64,000 nt of DNA from Ginglymostoma cirratum. Taxonomy: Eukaryota. Location of the stretch: the NCBI GenBank assembly GCA_024137785.1, contig JAHRHZ010000021.1, positions 33,267,844 to 33,331,843 on the forward strand. The letters are read 5' to 3'. The notes under the pieces were generated by a model. That model saw only the letters and a program-made list of their open reading frames with translations. It was not told where the DNA came from and did not search any database. Positions 37,525 through 48,489 of the stretch are shown here, in pieces (the first letter of the stretch is position 1; each line of letters starts with the position of its first letter). The position numbers and the translations under genes were made by a program.

Positions 37525-38365
37525 GCTGCTGGTGAAATTTCAATTTAATCAATTAATGCATTGGGAATTAAAAACTAATCCGTTAATAGTGACCATGAGA
37601 CTATAAGATTGTTGTAAAGCCCTAACTTGTTCTTCAGTGCCTTGCAGGGAAGGATAGTGTCCATCCTGACATGATCAGGAGTACATATGACTCCAGGCAC
37701 ACACAATGTGGTTGACTCAGTTGTTTGAAACTTCAAGATAAAGTCCAAAGGATAAGCTGGCTGCACCGCATTGCACTGACCAAGGCTCCAGAATCCAAGC
37801 CCCAAACTGGTGGGTCGGAGATGGTTACATCAGGGGCCAATAGCTGAAGCCAGGGTGTCCAGGAGACCCTCTCTGTTTGTGCTGGGGTGGGGTTTGGACA
37901 GGCCCACTATGTTGGGGCTGTGATGCTTGGCTCAAACTGGGAGCTGCTGTGCTCAGGTTGGGGGCAAGGCCAGCAAGGAACAGCACCAAGGCCTGGGATT
38001 TCTGACCCTGCCAGAAACAAATATGACACACTGCAGGTCCAGCTGAGCCTGCAAAGTCCTCTTGTTACTATCTGAGAATAAATTTGGGCAAGCTGTCCCA
38101 CAGAGTATCCATGAAAGAGTTTAACATAGTCTTACTCCCTGAATCATACTTTAAAGACATTACCATCGCAATCACTGGACATGTCCTTTTTCATCATCAG
38201 GACAGACCCAGCAGCACACAACATGATCTAGTGAGGAGGGAATTACCTGGAGAGTCCTCAACATTAATTCTGGCATTCATCAGGTCCCATAGCATCAGGT
38301 AAAGCAAAGAAACCTCATTCTGGTTACGAGCTTCTGCCCCCTTTTTTATTGATTAATTAGTATCT
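37525..38365 (+). mobile_element. 5' part of an old APE/RT LINE (SINE-like leader plus decayed APE endonuclease)
   Basis: ORF 38084..38302, GKLSHRVSMKEFNIVLLPESYFKDITIAITGHVLFHHQDRPS, resembles an APE N-terminus (DIVxLxESxL...IxGY...RxDR). The stretch 37525-37718 matches the body of the SINE at 57.5-57.7 kb. Confidence 0.7.
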
Positions 38366-38369
38366 CCAC

Positions 38370-39323
38370 TCTCATCTTCAGCCACTTCGTCAATGACCTT
38401 CCCTCTATTATAAGGTCAGAAGTTGGGATGTTCGCCAATGATTGCACAATGTTCAGTACCATTCGTGACTCCTCAGATACTGAAGCAGTCCGTATTCACA
38501 TGCAACAGGATCCGGACAATATTCAGGCTTGGGCTGACAAGTGGCAAGTAACATTCACGCCACACAAATGCCAGGCTATTACCCTCACCAATAAGAGAGG
38601 ATCTAACCTTGACACTCAGTGGTGCTATCGTCACTGATTCCCTCAGTATCAACATCCTTGGAGTTATCATCGATCAGAAACTCAACTGGACTCACCACAT
38701 AACCACAGTGGTGACAACGGCAGGTCAGAAGCTGGGAATACTGTGGCAAGTAACTCACCGCCTGAGTCCTCAAAGCCTGTCCACCATCTACAAGGCACAA
38801 GTCAGGAGTGTGATGAAATACTCCCCATTTGCTTGGATGAGTGCAGCCCCAACAACGCTCAAGAAGCTTGACACCATCCAGGACAAAGCAACCTGCTTGA
38901 TTGGTACTGCATCCATAAGCATCCATTCTCTCCATCACCAATGCTCAGTAGCAGCAGTGTGTACTACCTACAAGATGCACTGGAGAAATTCACCAAAGAT
39001 CCTCAGACAGCACCTTCCAAACTCACAACTACTTCTTTCTAGAAGGACAAGGGCAGCAGATATATGGGAACACCACCTTCAAATTCCCGTCCAAGCCACT
39101 CACCATCCTGACTTGGAAATATATCGCTGTTCCTTCACTGTCGCTGGGTCCAAATCCTAGAATTCTCTCCCTAATGTCACTGTGCATCAACCCATAGCAG
39201 GAGGAATGCAGCATTTCAAGAAGGCAGCTCACCACCACCTTCTCAAGGGCAACCAGCGATGGGCACTAAATGTTGGCCAGCCAGCGATGCCAACATTCCA
39301 AAAAATGAACAAATAAAAAAAAA
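38370..39323 (+). mobile_element. Younger 5'-truncated LINE (CR1/L2-group RT C-terminal half and 3' tail)
   Basis: FVNDLPSIIRSEVGMFANDCTMF (FADD motif decayed), DNIQAWADKWQVTF, LGVIIDQKLNW, IYKAQVRSVMKYS (ORFs 38428..38637 and 38609..39160). Ends in an A-rich tail. Confidence 0.92.
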
Positions 39324-39324
39324 T

Positions 39325-40545
39325 TCTTCCACCCATCCTCACTGAACACCCCAATTGTAAAAAGCACTGAGGATTCTTCTGGTGATTATCTAGTGAAGAT
39401 ATACCACAAGACTCTGTATGCTAAATAACAAAAGCAATGTACTACAGACAGAGTTCAGAAATCCCACAACCGACAGATCAGATCTAAGCTCTATCGTCCT
39501 GCCACGATGATGGGAATCAGCACTTCAGTGAAAAAGACTAGATAGAAGCATTTACAATCATTTTCAGCCAGAAATGTAGAGTGGATGATCGATTTCAGCT
39601 TCCTTCCGAAGATCTCAGTGAAGCAATCTTCAGCCAATTCTATTCACTCCACATGATATCAACAGTGAAAAGCACTGGATATGGGAAGTCTATGAGCCCC
39701 GATATCACAGCAATCTGAAGATTTTGTTCTAAACCTGGTTGTGATCCGAGCTAACATAACAAGGTGTGGGGCTGGATGAACACAGCAGGCCAAGCAGCAT
39801 CAGAGGAGCAGGAAAGCTGATGTTTCAGGTCTGGACCCTTCTTCAGATCCTAGATAAGTTGTCTAATATATCTATAACATGGGAAATTTGGCATGGTGGA
39901 AAATTACCCACATATATCTCATTGACAAAATGGAGGACAAATCCAATCTGCTAAATACCACCTCATAATCCTACTCTGGATCATCAGCAAATGGTGGAAG
40001 GGATTATGGACAATGCTATCAGCAATAACCAGCTCAGTCACTTCTCCACAGCCAGGCACTTCCTAACGTCATCACAATTTTGGTCCAAATGTGGACAAAT
40101 GAGCTGAACACAAGAGGTGGGATGAGAGTGGCAGCATTTAATAACAAGGAAGCATTTTGACTAAGCGTGGTGTCAAGGAGTCCGAGGAAACTGCAACCAG
40201 TGGGAAACAGGGCACGGAGTGTGGTAGTCTTCATGGGTGGGAGTCATATCTAACACAAAAGGAAGTTGTTGGAAACTAATTATCTCAGCCCTGGGAAACT
40301 GCTGCAGGCGTTCCTCTATGAAAATGCTGTAGGCATCGCCACTTTTGGCTTCATTAAGGACCTTCCCTCTATTATAAGGTCAACATTGAGGATGTTTACT
40401 GATGATTACACAATATTTTTAGTACCACTCACGGTTTCTCAAATACAGAAGCAGTTCATGTCCATATACTGTAAGATCTGGGCAACATTCAGGCTTGGGA
40501 TAAGTGGCAAGTAACATTCATACCAAGTAAGTGCCAGTCAATGGT
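39325..40545 (+). mobile_element. Continuation of the older, internally deleted LINE copy (RT fragment)
   Basis: FIKDLPSIIRSTLRMFTDDYTIF in ORF 40266..40514 is a more diverged version of the same RT segment as 38385-38570. Confidence 0.8.
39755..39848 (-). mobile_element. Penelope-derived short element (single arm) with a hammerhead-like core, inserted in the old LINE
   Basis: Near-identical to 52116-52208. The minus strand reads CTGAAGA-A-GGGTC-CA-GACCT-GAAAC-ATC. Confidence 0.8.
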
Positions 40546-41129
40546 CATTGTCACACCTCACTTGGGTAGCGTATCAGGTAATCACTGCAGCCCTTTTAGG
40601 TCCACCTTCCTTAAAAACCACTTCAGTTCATGAAACATCTCAGATATATCTATCAGATGATGAAAATTAAAAGTCCATTTTAACCTCTCATAACACCTCC
40701 CAACCCTGAAGTACAAATGCAAATAATGTTTCTCTTTTTCTGGTGAGCATTCTATTACAAAGGCAAGATGGAATAATGCAAAAATCAGTTAGCTAGCACA
40801 CATATATCCTGCGTTCACTTTCTTCATCCTAATCCTGGTTCAAAATCTGCTTTAGGACTACCAGCTGGACTTATTGCCTGAGCTGACCCTTTACTGCCCA
40901 GATTTATAATCCAGGCACTAATTTCAAGTATTTTTACAAATTTGATCTCTAGGAGATTGGCGGGTGGAATTCAGAGGTTTGCAGCCTGTAGGGTGCCTGG
41001 ATTTGCATCCGCATCCCATTCTTATTTAATTCTACAACAGCTCGATTTGACCGGTTGAGGTTTGAGATTTGGCTTTGTTCCTTGGATGCCCCAGTGGATA
41101 ACAGATCACACAAAATGTAGAAGCAAATT

Positions 41130-42060
41130 AATGCAGATGCTGGAATCGGTACTGAAATCTACCAATGCTTGGGATTACAGTGGGTCAGATAGTATCCATG
41201 GAGAGAGAGCCAGCTAACGTTTCAAGTCTAGCTGACTCTTCATTAGAGCTGAAGTGAAGTGTGGAGTGGACAGCATTTCTGCTGTAGTATGGGAGGGTGT
41301 GTGTGTGGGTGCAGTGGGTGTACAGTGCTAGTGAAGAAAATATGTTGATAGTTCAGATTAAGTGATTGGAATGTGAGAATGGCAGAGCAATGGTGCGTCT
41401 CCTGCCAGATTTGAAAGGACAGACTGTCCCACTGGGATTGGGACGAGGGAAGAGAGGACACGATAACATAATGTAACATGCTAGAAGAAAGGGAAGAAGT
41501 GGTTCACAGTTTGAAAGAGTTCAACTCAATATTAAGTCCAGAAGGATGTAAAGTGCTTAGTCTGAAGATGAGATGTTGTTCCTCCAGTTTGCGCGGTGGT
41601 TCACTGGAACACTGCAGCATGCCGAGGACAGATATGTGGGTACACGAGCAGGATGCTGTGCAAAAATGACTAGCTACCGGAAAGTCAGGGACCATCTTCA
41701 GACTAGTCACTTTACAGCCTTTAGCGCTTAATATTGTGTTCAACATCTTCAAACTGTGAACAACTTCTTCCCTTTCTTTCAACATGTTACATTATGTTAT
41801 CATGTTCTCTCTCCCCTCCCCCATCCCAGTGGGACTGTCTGCCCTTTCAAATCTGACATTATTCTGCTATTCTCACATTCCAATCACTGAGGTATCTGAA
41901 GTATCAACATCTTATCTCCACTAGCACTCTATACTCTCACACATCCCACTCCAAACTACAGCATAAATGCTGCCCCCTCCACTCATCTAGACTCAAAACA
42001 TTGCTCTCTTTCCATGGATGGTGTCTGACCCACTGTGATCTCCAGCATTTGTTATTTTTG
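41130..42060 (-). mobile_element. Penelope-like element 3' end with an inverted pseudo-LTR
   Basis: ORF 41504..41785 contains PDFPVASHF...HISVLGMLQCSSEPPRKLEEQHLIFRLSTLHPSGLNIE (GIY-YIG C-terminus with the G-L-N motif). Arms ~41162-41560 and ~41693-42055 are inverted copies. Confidence 0.88.
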
Positions 42061-42869
42061 ATAATAGATCATAAACGTTGCCTGGCCTGCTGGTTTCTCC
42101 AGCAATTTCTGGTTCTGTTTGTTTCAGATCTCCAGCTTCTACAGTTCTTTGTCTTTTAGCAAAGATCATTGGTTGCTTTAAACAACCAGAATGAGAAATC
42201 AGCATTCAGCAAAACATTGGATACTAGTGGGAAGAATAAAAGATTTTCTATTGGAAGCAATTCTTGCTTCATGGCCTCTTTGCTGCTTCTGACTTGGGAC
42301 TATTCCCACTATTTTCAGGCCTGCAACAAGTTAACTCTTTCAACAAACTTTAAGTGGTGGCACCTCTACATCTTTACCATAAGCCCTTTGCCAGAACACT
42401 GGAATTTAATTTGATTCCGTTGAAAATCAGGTCCGGCAGCATCCATGAAGAGAAAACAGACTTAAATAATGTTCCTTTGGAGACAACCTGCTGATACCTA
42501 TCCTGGTCAACAGTAATACATGATCAGACACTGATCACCTCTAATGTTACAGATACTGGTATGCAGTCTGCATTTTCTTGCAAACAACAGAATCAACATT
42601 TTTTCTTTATATATCCTGGTTTTCTACAGTGGAAGCACTGGGGTGGTTTCCCTACCTATCTAACATCTGGATCTCTCCTTTTAATGGTCAGAGACAGTTC
42701 TTCTTTCTCTGCTTGGCTTTTCCTTTTCTCTCCAGCCTATCTCACAGAAAGTTTCCTCACCCTTGCCTCTCTCTCTGATATGTGGACTCGATGGCCGAAT
42801 GGCCTTACTTCCACTCCTATGTCTTATGTCTTATGGTCTTATGTGACAGCTTCCAGAAGTCACAGTCAC

Positions 42870-43240
42870 TGTTCAGGGGTCTGTGTATTAGCTTGTGGCT
42901 GTCAGCCAGAATAGCTGCCTGTCTAGGCTCTGCTACTTGCTGGTCCTTTACATGCACCTAGATTGTTTTTGAATGTCTTGAGAAGAATTACTTCACAGAG
43001 GATTCATTTTAGCTTCAGTCTTAAATGTCTATAACCACTGGCCAAAATGAGTAGCACAGACCTATTCTAGATATGTCTGGTCAGGCCTTTTCTTCAGGAC
43101 ATGTAATATTTGCCTATACACTTCTGGGACTAGCTGTTTTGCACTTAAAATAGCCCCATTTAACTCCTCATAGTCAGCGGTGCTTTCCTTAAGTAAGAGG
43201 GAGTAAACTTTGTGTGCTTTACCCATCATTTGCTCTGCAT
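42870..43240 (-). mobile_element. Decayed Gypsy (Gmr1-like) gag/SCAN-related fragment
   Basis: GKAHKVYSLLLKESTADYEELNGAILSAKQLVPEVYRQILHVLKKRPDQTYLE, then after frameshifts LCEVILLKTFKN ... RQAAILAD. Matches the gag pattern GKA...Y...DY..K.AIL.AY.L.PE.YRQ.F. Confidence 0.75.
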
Positions 43241-43444
43241 TAGCAGTGTCTTTTGCTGCACTGGACACTTCTACTGCTGTGCCAGCCTTTCACATCCAAT
43301 ATAGAAAGCATCTATCTCTTCCTTACCAAACCTAGGGATTGAATGGGACAAACTGGAATACTTCAGCCTTTAAGTCTGAGTTAGGTCTGGTTCGTTCACC
43401 AGAGATGCTCCTATTATCCCTTTTCATCTCTGGCCATCGCTAGG

Positions 43445-43970
43445 ATTTCACCTCTCAATTCCCAAAGCTTGTTGACCGTCTCCAAGTCAGGTGCGTGAGG
43501 GGATACTCTCCACTTGCCTAGATATGAGCAGCTTCAAAAACATCAACAAGTTCAAGCTCAACCAGGGCAAAGTAGTTGCCTGGATTTGTGCCCAGCCATC
43601 ATCTTCAATATTTGCTCCTGGACCACTAATGCAAAGAGGCAGCACTGTGTATCATCTACAAGATGCATGTAGAGTTTCACCAATGGTCCTCTGATACGAC
43701 GTTCCAAAAGCTGTAAACTCTACCACCTAGAAGGACAAGACCAACAGATACACAACACCACCATCTGCAAGATCCCCTCCAAGCCATAGTCCATTCAGAG
43801 GTAGAAATATATTGCATTCCTTCAAGGTCACCGGGTCAAAAAAGCTCCCTACATCACACAGACTGCAGGATCAAGGCAGCAACTCACCACCACTTTCTCA
43901 AGGGCAGTTAGGGATAAACAAACATTGGCTACTCAGCAAACTCACATCCCATGCATGAATACAAAAATAT
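43445..43970 (+). mobile_element. Decayed 3' fragment of the APE/RT LINE family
   Basis: Collinear with 38760-39320 (catctacaagatgca ... tagaaggacaag ... caccaccactttctcaagggcagttagggat). Confidence 0.8.
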
Positions 43971-45852
43971 ATTCAGATCTTGGTCTCTGATGACCCGTCT
44001 GTTCTTTGTATTACTGTTGTGTTTCTACTTGACCTCAATTCTTTTCTAATTCCCATCCATGCCAGTTTCCCAGGACTAACGTGATTCTTTTTAAGAGCTT
44101 ACTGTGCCAGAAACAAACAAATTCTTGGCTTCTTAGCTTCGTGCTAGGAAACTAGCTTTAAAAGGAATCCAGCAGACAGAACCTGAAAAGGAAAGTGTGG
44201 GGACAGCAGTAACACTGGAGAAGGCTGACAGAGGGAATTGGAAAATGTGTGCAGCAGAATGAAGTATTTATGAGTTTTTGAGCTTATATGGAAGAGAAGG
44301 AGAGAGCACTGCAATGGAATGATTGTGGGAGTTAATGAGAGAAATGAAGAGGCACGGGTTGGGGAAGAGAGGATGGAAGGGAGGGGATGACAGGATGGAG
44401 CAGGAGATGATGCGGCAGATGAAGGTAATGGGAAAGGAAAAAAGAGAATACCTTAATATCTATCATACCAACTGTGAACAATGATAGAAAGAAACTGCAG
44501 CTGATCAAATCATTCAAAATACCAGTTTAAGAATATATGTGAAAATAAGGTTTGTGGTACAAATTCAACTCTGCCTTTTCACACCTTCTCTAGTTCACTG
44601 GCATCAATCATTTCCATAAGTTGTCTCCGTGTGTTAAATTTCTAAATGCTGATTCACACTGTACAAATGTTATTTGTGTGCACCGTGACTGCTGAATGAT
44701 TACAGTACCAAGGGACTGCTTTGTTTCTGACATTCCCCACGCAGACTTTTGGAACCATCCCCAGTGGATTCAGGCACAGAAACTGTGGTCATCTCCCTGT
44801 GAGAAAGTGGAACCTAAAGTGAGTTTAAGGTTCTTGGGCCCCCTACTGCCTTGTTCCTAAGGCTGAGCGCTAATGACTGGGGTGATGGAATGCAAGTATG
44901 TCCAAAATCTGGCTGATGCAGAAAAGGGTATTTTTCAATATTAAATGAGACAGTGAATCTGTGTCATTCAACTATTTCAAAGATGCAGATTTAACCTCAA
45001 CTGCCTGGCAGTAACAGGGTGAAAGAATGGATAAAATCAGATAAAATCATCAGTGTTCCTGTTGGAAGCTCACCAACTTCAATTTTAAACTTGCGCTGTT
45101 TGAGACCACGAACATACATGCAGGGTAGATTGATCTCGGTAGGATAATAGGTCGGCACAACATTGTGGGCTGAAGGGCCTGTACTGTGCTGTACTGTTCC
45201 ATGTTCTATGTTTTTTTATACTCTGAAAGAGAAGACTTCATGAATAAAATCAAACAGGGGTCTGTGATATTGTTTAACTCTTGATTTTAATTGTTGTGTG
45301 ATGGTGTCGTTTTCAAAAGTTCATGAAAAGCTGCAAATAATACTGAAGGTCCCAGCTAAGCCCCTGGCCTTAGTCTGACAATTCTGAATAGGTCACTGAT
45401 TTCCTGTGGCCTACTGGGGCACTAACTCGCTAGCTTGAGGAAGTTCACCATCGGTTGGTCTCGCTTCTCTCCCTTGTGGAGTGTTCTGCCAAAAGTAGGA
45501 GGGAGTGCCAATGAGTGTCTCATTCAATGGATCTTCCACTTTATGTTCAAATGCTGAGGTAGAGGTCACAAATGGAATCAGGAGGAGATGTGTTAAGCAG
45601 ACCCGTCTAAAGTCTAAAGGTGAATAGGAGCCTCAATAGAAGTTGGTGATTGCAGAAAGTTAAGTAAGTGAGAGGAGAATGGTACCAGTGGTTTTTGTGA
45701 AGGCAGCAACAAAAGGATGACCACGTGTTTTGATTGAGGATGAGAAATGGTCAACTGCATCTTTGTGCTGGGTAATGAAGGGAAAGGGGTGGGGAACAGA
45801 ATTATTGCCATGTGTGCTTGAGTGAAATGGGCAAATGAAGAGCATTTCTCAC

Positions 45853-46075
45853 CCTCACTGCTCTTGAGAGATTATTACATGGTTTCCTGCACTGTATCCA
45901 AGCCCCTATACAGGTGATGCACTGAAGCTGACAACCTCAGCATTGCCTGCTGTACTTGTTGCTGTGGGAACCTCCTTCCAATGGCTGAAATCAATTGCTT
46001 CCTCACCCTGATTTCTATCATCAGGACTTTCATGGGGTCCCGCTTGCTTCTTCTTGCAGCAAAGTCAGGCAAAGA
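45853..46075 (-). mobile_element. Second decayed Myb/SANT-like exon (Harbinger-type)
   Basis: MKVLMIEIRVRKQLISAIGRRFPQQQVQQA..., then after a frameshift RAWIQCRKPCNNLSRAVR followed by GTGAG. Same architecture as 17355-17590. Confidence 0.55.
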
Positions 46076-46445
46076 CAATAAAACCTCACTTTGAGATGCA
46101 CATTCTCAGTTTGGCTGGTCTGCTGGAAATTGCACTGACAATGCTCTTTTACTTGTGTCTCACTAATTGAATCAGAAACCCTTCAAAGACATCTTAATCA
46201 GTCCCAGAAGTTAAAGTACTCTGTGTCTCTTCTGTTGTGCATCTGGCGAGTTGGAAGCTCAACCGCCCAAAATTACATTAGGGGCCAAAGTTTACCCAAC
46301 TTGCGGATGATGAGCCCACAGAGGGCAGAGTCACTGAAATGGACATATAATTAGGTGAATTAGAATGCTGTGGTAAAATGTTTCTCAGACTATGTACACA
46401 TACCACAGCAATGTCTGCACAGCAAGCACAGGCAATTAAACTCAC

Positions 46446-46602
46446 CATCCAAGGCTTGTTGCAGAAATTGTAGATCGATTGAAGAGAATTCAGCGAAGGC
46501 ACTCTGCCATACTGGAAGCCAATGAGGAGATTACGGTAGTCCTCACCGTGAGCCATGTTATACACATGCTGGCGAATGACAACAAAGTCTGGTTTGAATG
46601 AC
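46446..46602 (-). CDS. SYN3: Synapsin III coding exon (157 nt, C domain)
   Basis: Minus strand: ttgcAG|G TCA TTC ... TGG ATG|GTgagt. Translates [52 protein letters not shown] and splices in frame to the 90-nt exon. Confidence 0.95.
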
Positions 46603-46911
46603 CTGCAACAAGACCAGGCAAAAGCTTACTTGGTGAAATTCACATGTAAAAATAGAGCACAATATTTTTCCTTTTGACAGGAAGAACATTATACATAGGC
46701 AATGGAATAATGATTCTGAAAAGTCATGTAGCCATCAAAGCTTTAGGAGAGCAGAGAATTAACTATTAGACCCCAGGTGACAACATGAGCAGGGTAGACC
46801 AAATCAGGTTACTCAAACCCCATGACTGATTTGCAGTAATCAACTTTCTCCCAGTTATGTACCATATGACATTAAACATCTTCCTAAAGGTTTGTGCATA
46901 AGAATGCAACG

Positions 46912-47475
46912 TTAGAAATAAGAGCTGGAGTAGACCATTCAGCTCCCTTGTGCGCGCTCTCTGATTCGGTATGATCAGCGTTCATCTTCCAGCTCAACTC
47001 CGCTTTCTTGTCCACTTATCATAGCCCTTAATTCCCTGAGAGACAAATCAATCTACTCTGATCAATCTAAAATATCCTTAACAATGGAGCATCCAAAACT
47101 CTGAGACAGCCAATTAGTAAGATTCACAAACCTCTGAGTGAGGAAATCACTTGTCATTGTAGTCCTGAATGACCAATCCCAGAGCTTGAGCCTGCGACCC
47201 CGTGTATTAGATGACCTAACAAAAGGAAAGCACCTCTCCCAGACTAGCCTATTAAGCCTGTTCACAATCTTGAATGCTTCAATAAGATCACCTCTTAATC
47301 TTATAAAGAACGAGAGTGGTCTTCTAAAGGTCTTCAAAACTCCAGAGGACATAAATCTAATTTACTCAGCCCATCTTCAAAGGACAATGCTGTTGTTCCT
47401 GAAACTTTTCTGTAATCCTTTGAAGGCACAGACATCCTTCTTTCGAACAGGAAACCAAAGCTGTGCACTGTAATG
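46912..47475 (-). mobile_element. CR1-like LINE 3' fragment
   Basis: ORF 47062..47352, RLRGDLIEAFKIVNRLNRL...FPFVRSSNTRGRRLKL...FLTQRFVNL, is the classic CR1 ORF2 C-terminus. Confidence 0.88.
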
Positions 47476-48393
47476 CATTTGGAGACGGGCTGGTCCCATA
47501 AATATTTTCCAAAGAAAGACAAAGAATTGTTAATAAAGAGATATTTTTGGATTGGTAAGTATCAAGAAGTCTTGTTCCCTCAGGATTGCAGCTGGAGTTT
47601 GATTATTTGGATTTGGAATTGGAGTATATTGCCAAGATGCAGAGCGTATTCAAGTCTCAATTATTTGGCAAGTAAGGGGATTTATCGGAGTAAAAATATT
47701 AAAAAGAAATGGAGATAAAGCAGATAATTGCAAATGTAAGAGACAACTACTATGTTTAATAAAAACAGCAAAGTGGGCTTAATCAGCTGAATGACGTACT
47801 CCGGTTCCAGTGATTTTCTGAATGCTCTAGTCTCTTGAATTTTCTATGCAATATATTTCTATTACATCTTGACTTCCTTTGTTCCTACCTTATGCCATAG
47901 ATTTGCTGTGTACAATGATCTAATTCACAGAATTATTAAAGAGTGTCCCAGTGAAACATCCAAGTGAAAAATTAAAGGCAGCATTGATGAGGAATCATCG
48001 AGGGGTTCTTTCATCCCACCACAAGAACCTTTCCTTGGGAATTCAAGGGAAACTCCCTGTAAAAATTGCAAATGTTACCACAGCTGTGGTTTCAGGCTGT
48101 CTAGAAGCTACTAATTTGTGGAGGATTCTGTATAGTATTGTTAGTTCACTCCAGGCACGCAAGGAAGAGGGATAGTGGGCTAAAAATATTGAAGTAGACC
48201 CACACAATGGTGAATTTCTTTCCTTCAAACAAAATCACCCCAAATTCCTCAGCCTGAGAGAATGGAAACAGGAGGTATTTGGGACAGAACCAGGAAAGTC
48301 TCATTAATTCACTATCAAGAATTTCTAATGGGAGAGGGTAGGAACTGTGTGCATCTACCTCCTTTCATATCATCATTATGGAAAGAGGGAGGT

Positions 48394-48478
48394 CAAAAAT
48401 CACACAACACCAGGTTTAGAGTCCAACAGATTTATTTGAAAACACAAGCTTTTGGAGCCTCAGTCCTTGTTCAGGTGA
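48394..48478 (-). mobile_element. Terminal fragment of another Penelope-like family (tentative)
   Basis: aaaatcacacaacaccaggtttagagtccaacagatttattt...; the minus strand carries a decayed hammerhead-like arrangement CTGAACA-A-GGACT-GAG-GCTCC-AAAAGC. Confidence 0.5.
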
Positions 48479-48489
48479 AGAAGGAACAC

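Noticed and set aside
44330-44450. Purine-rich GA tract
   Set aside because: Low-complexity sequence with no periodic unit or other supporting structure.
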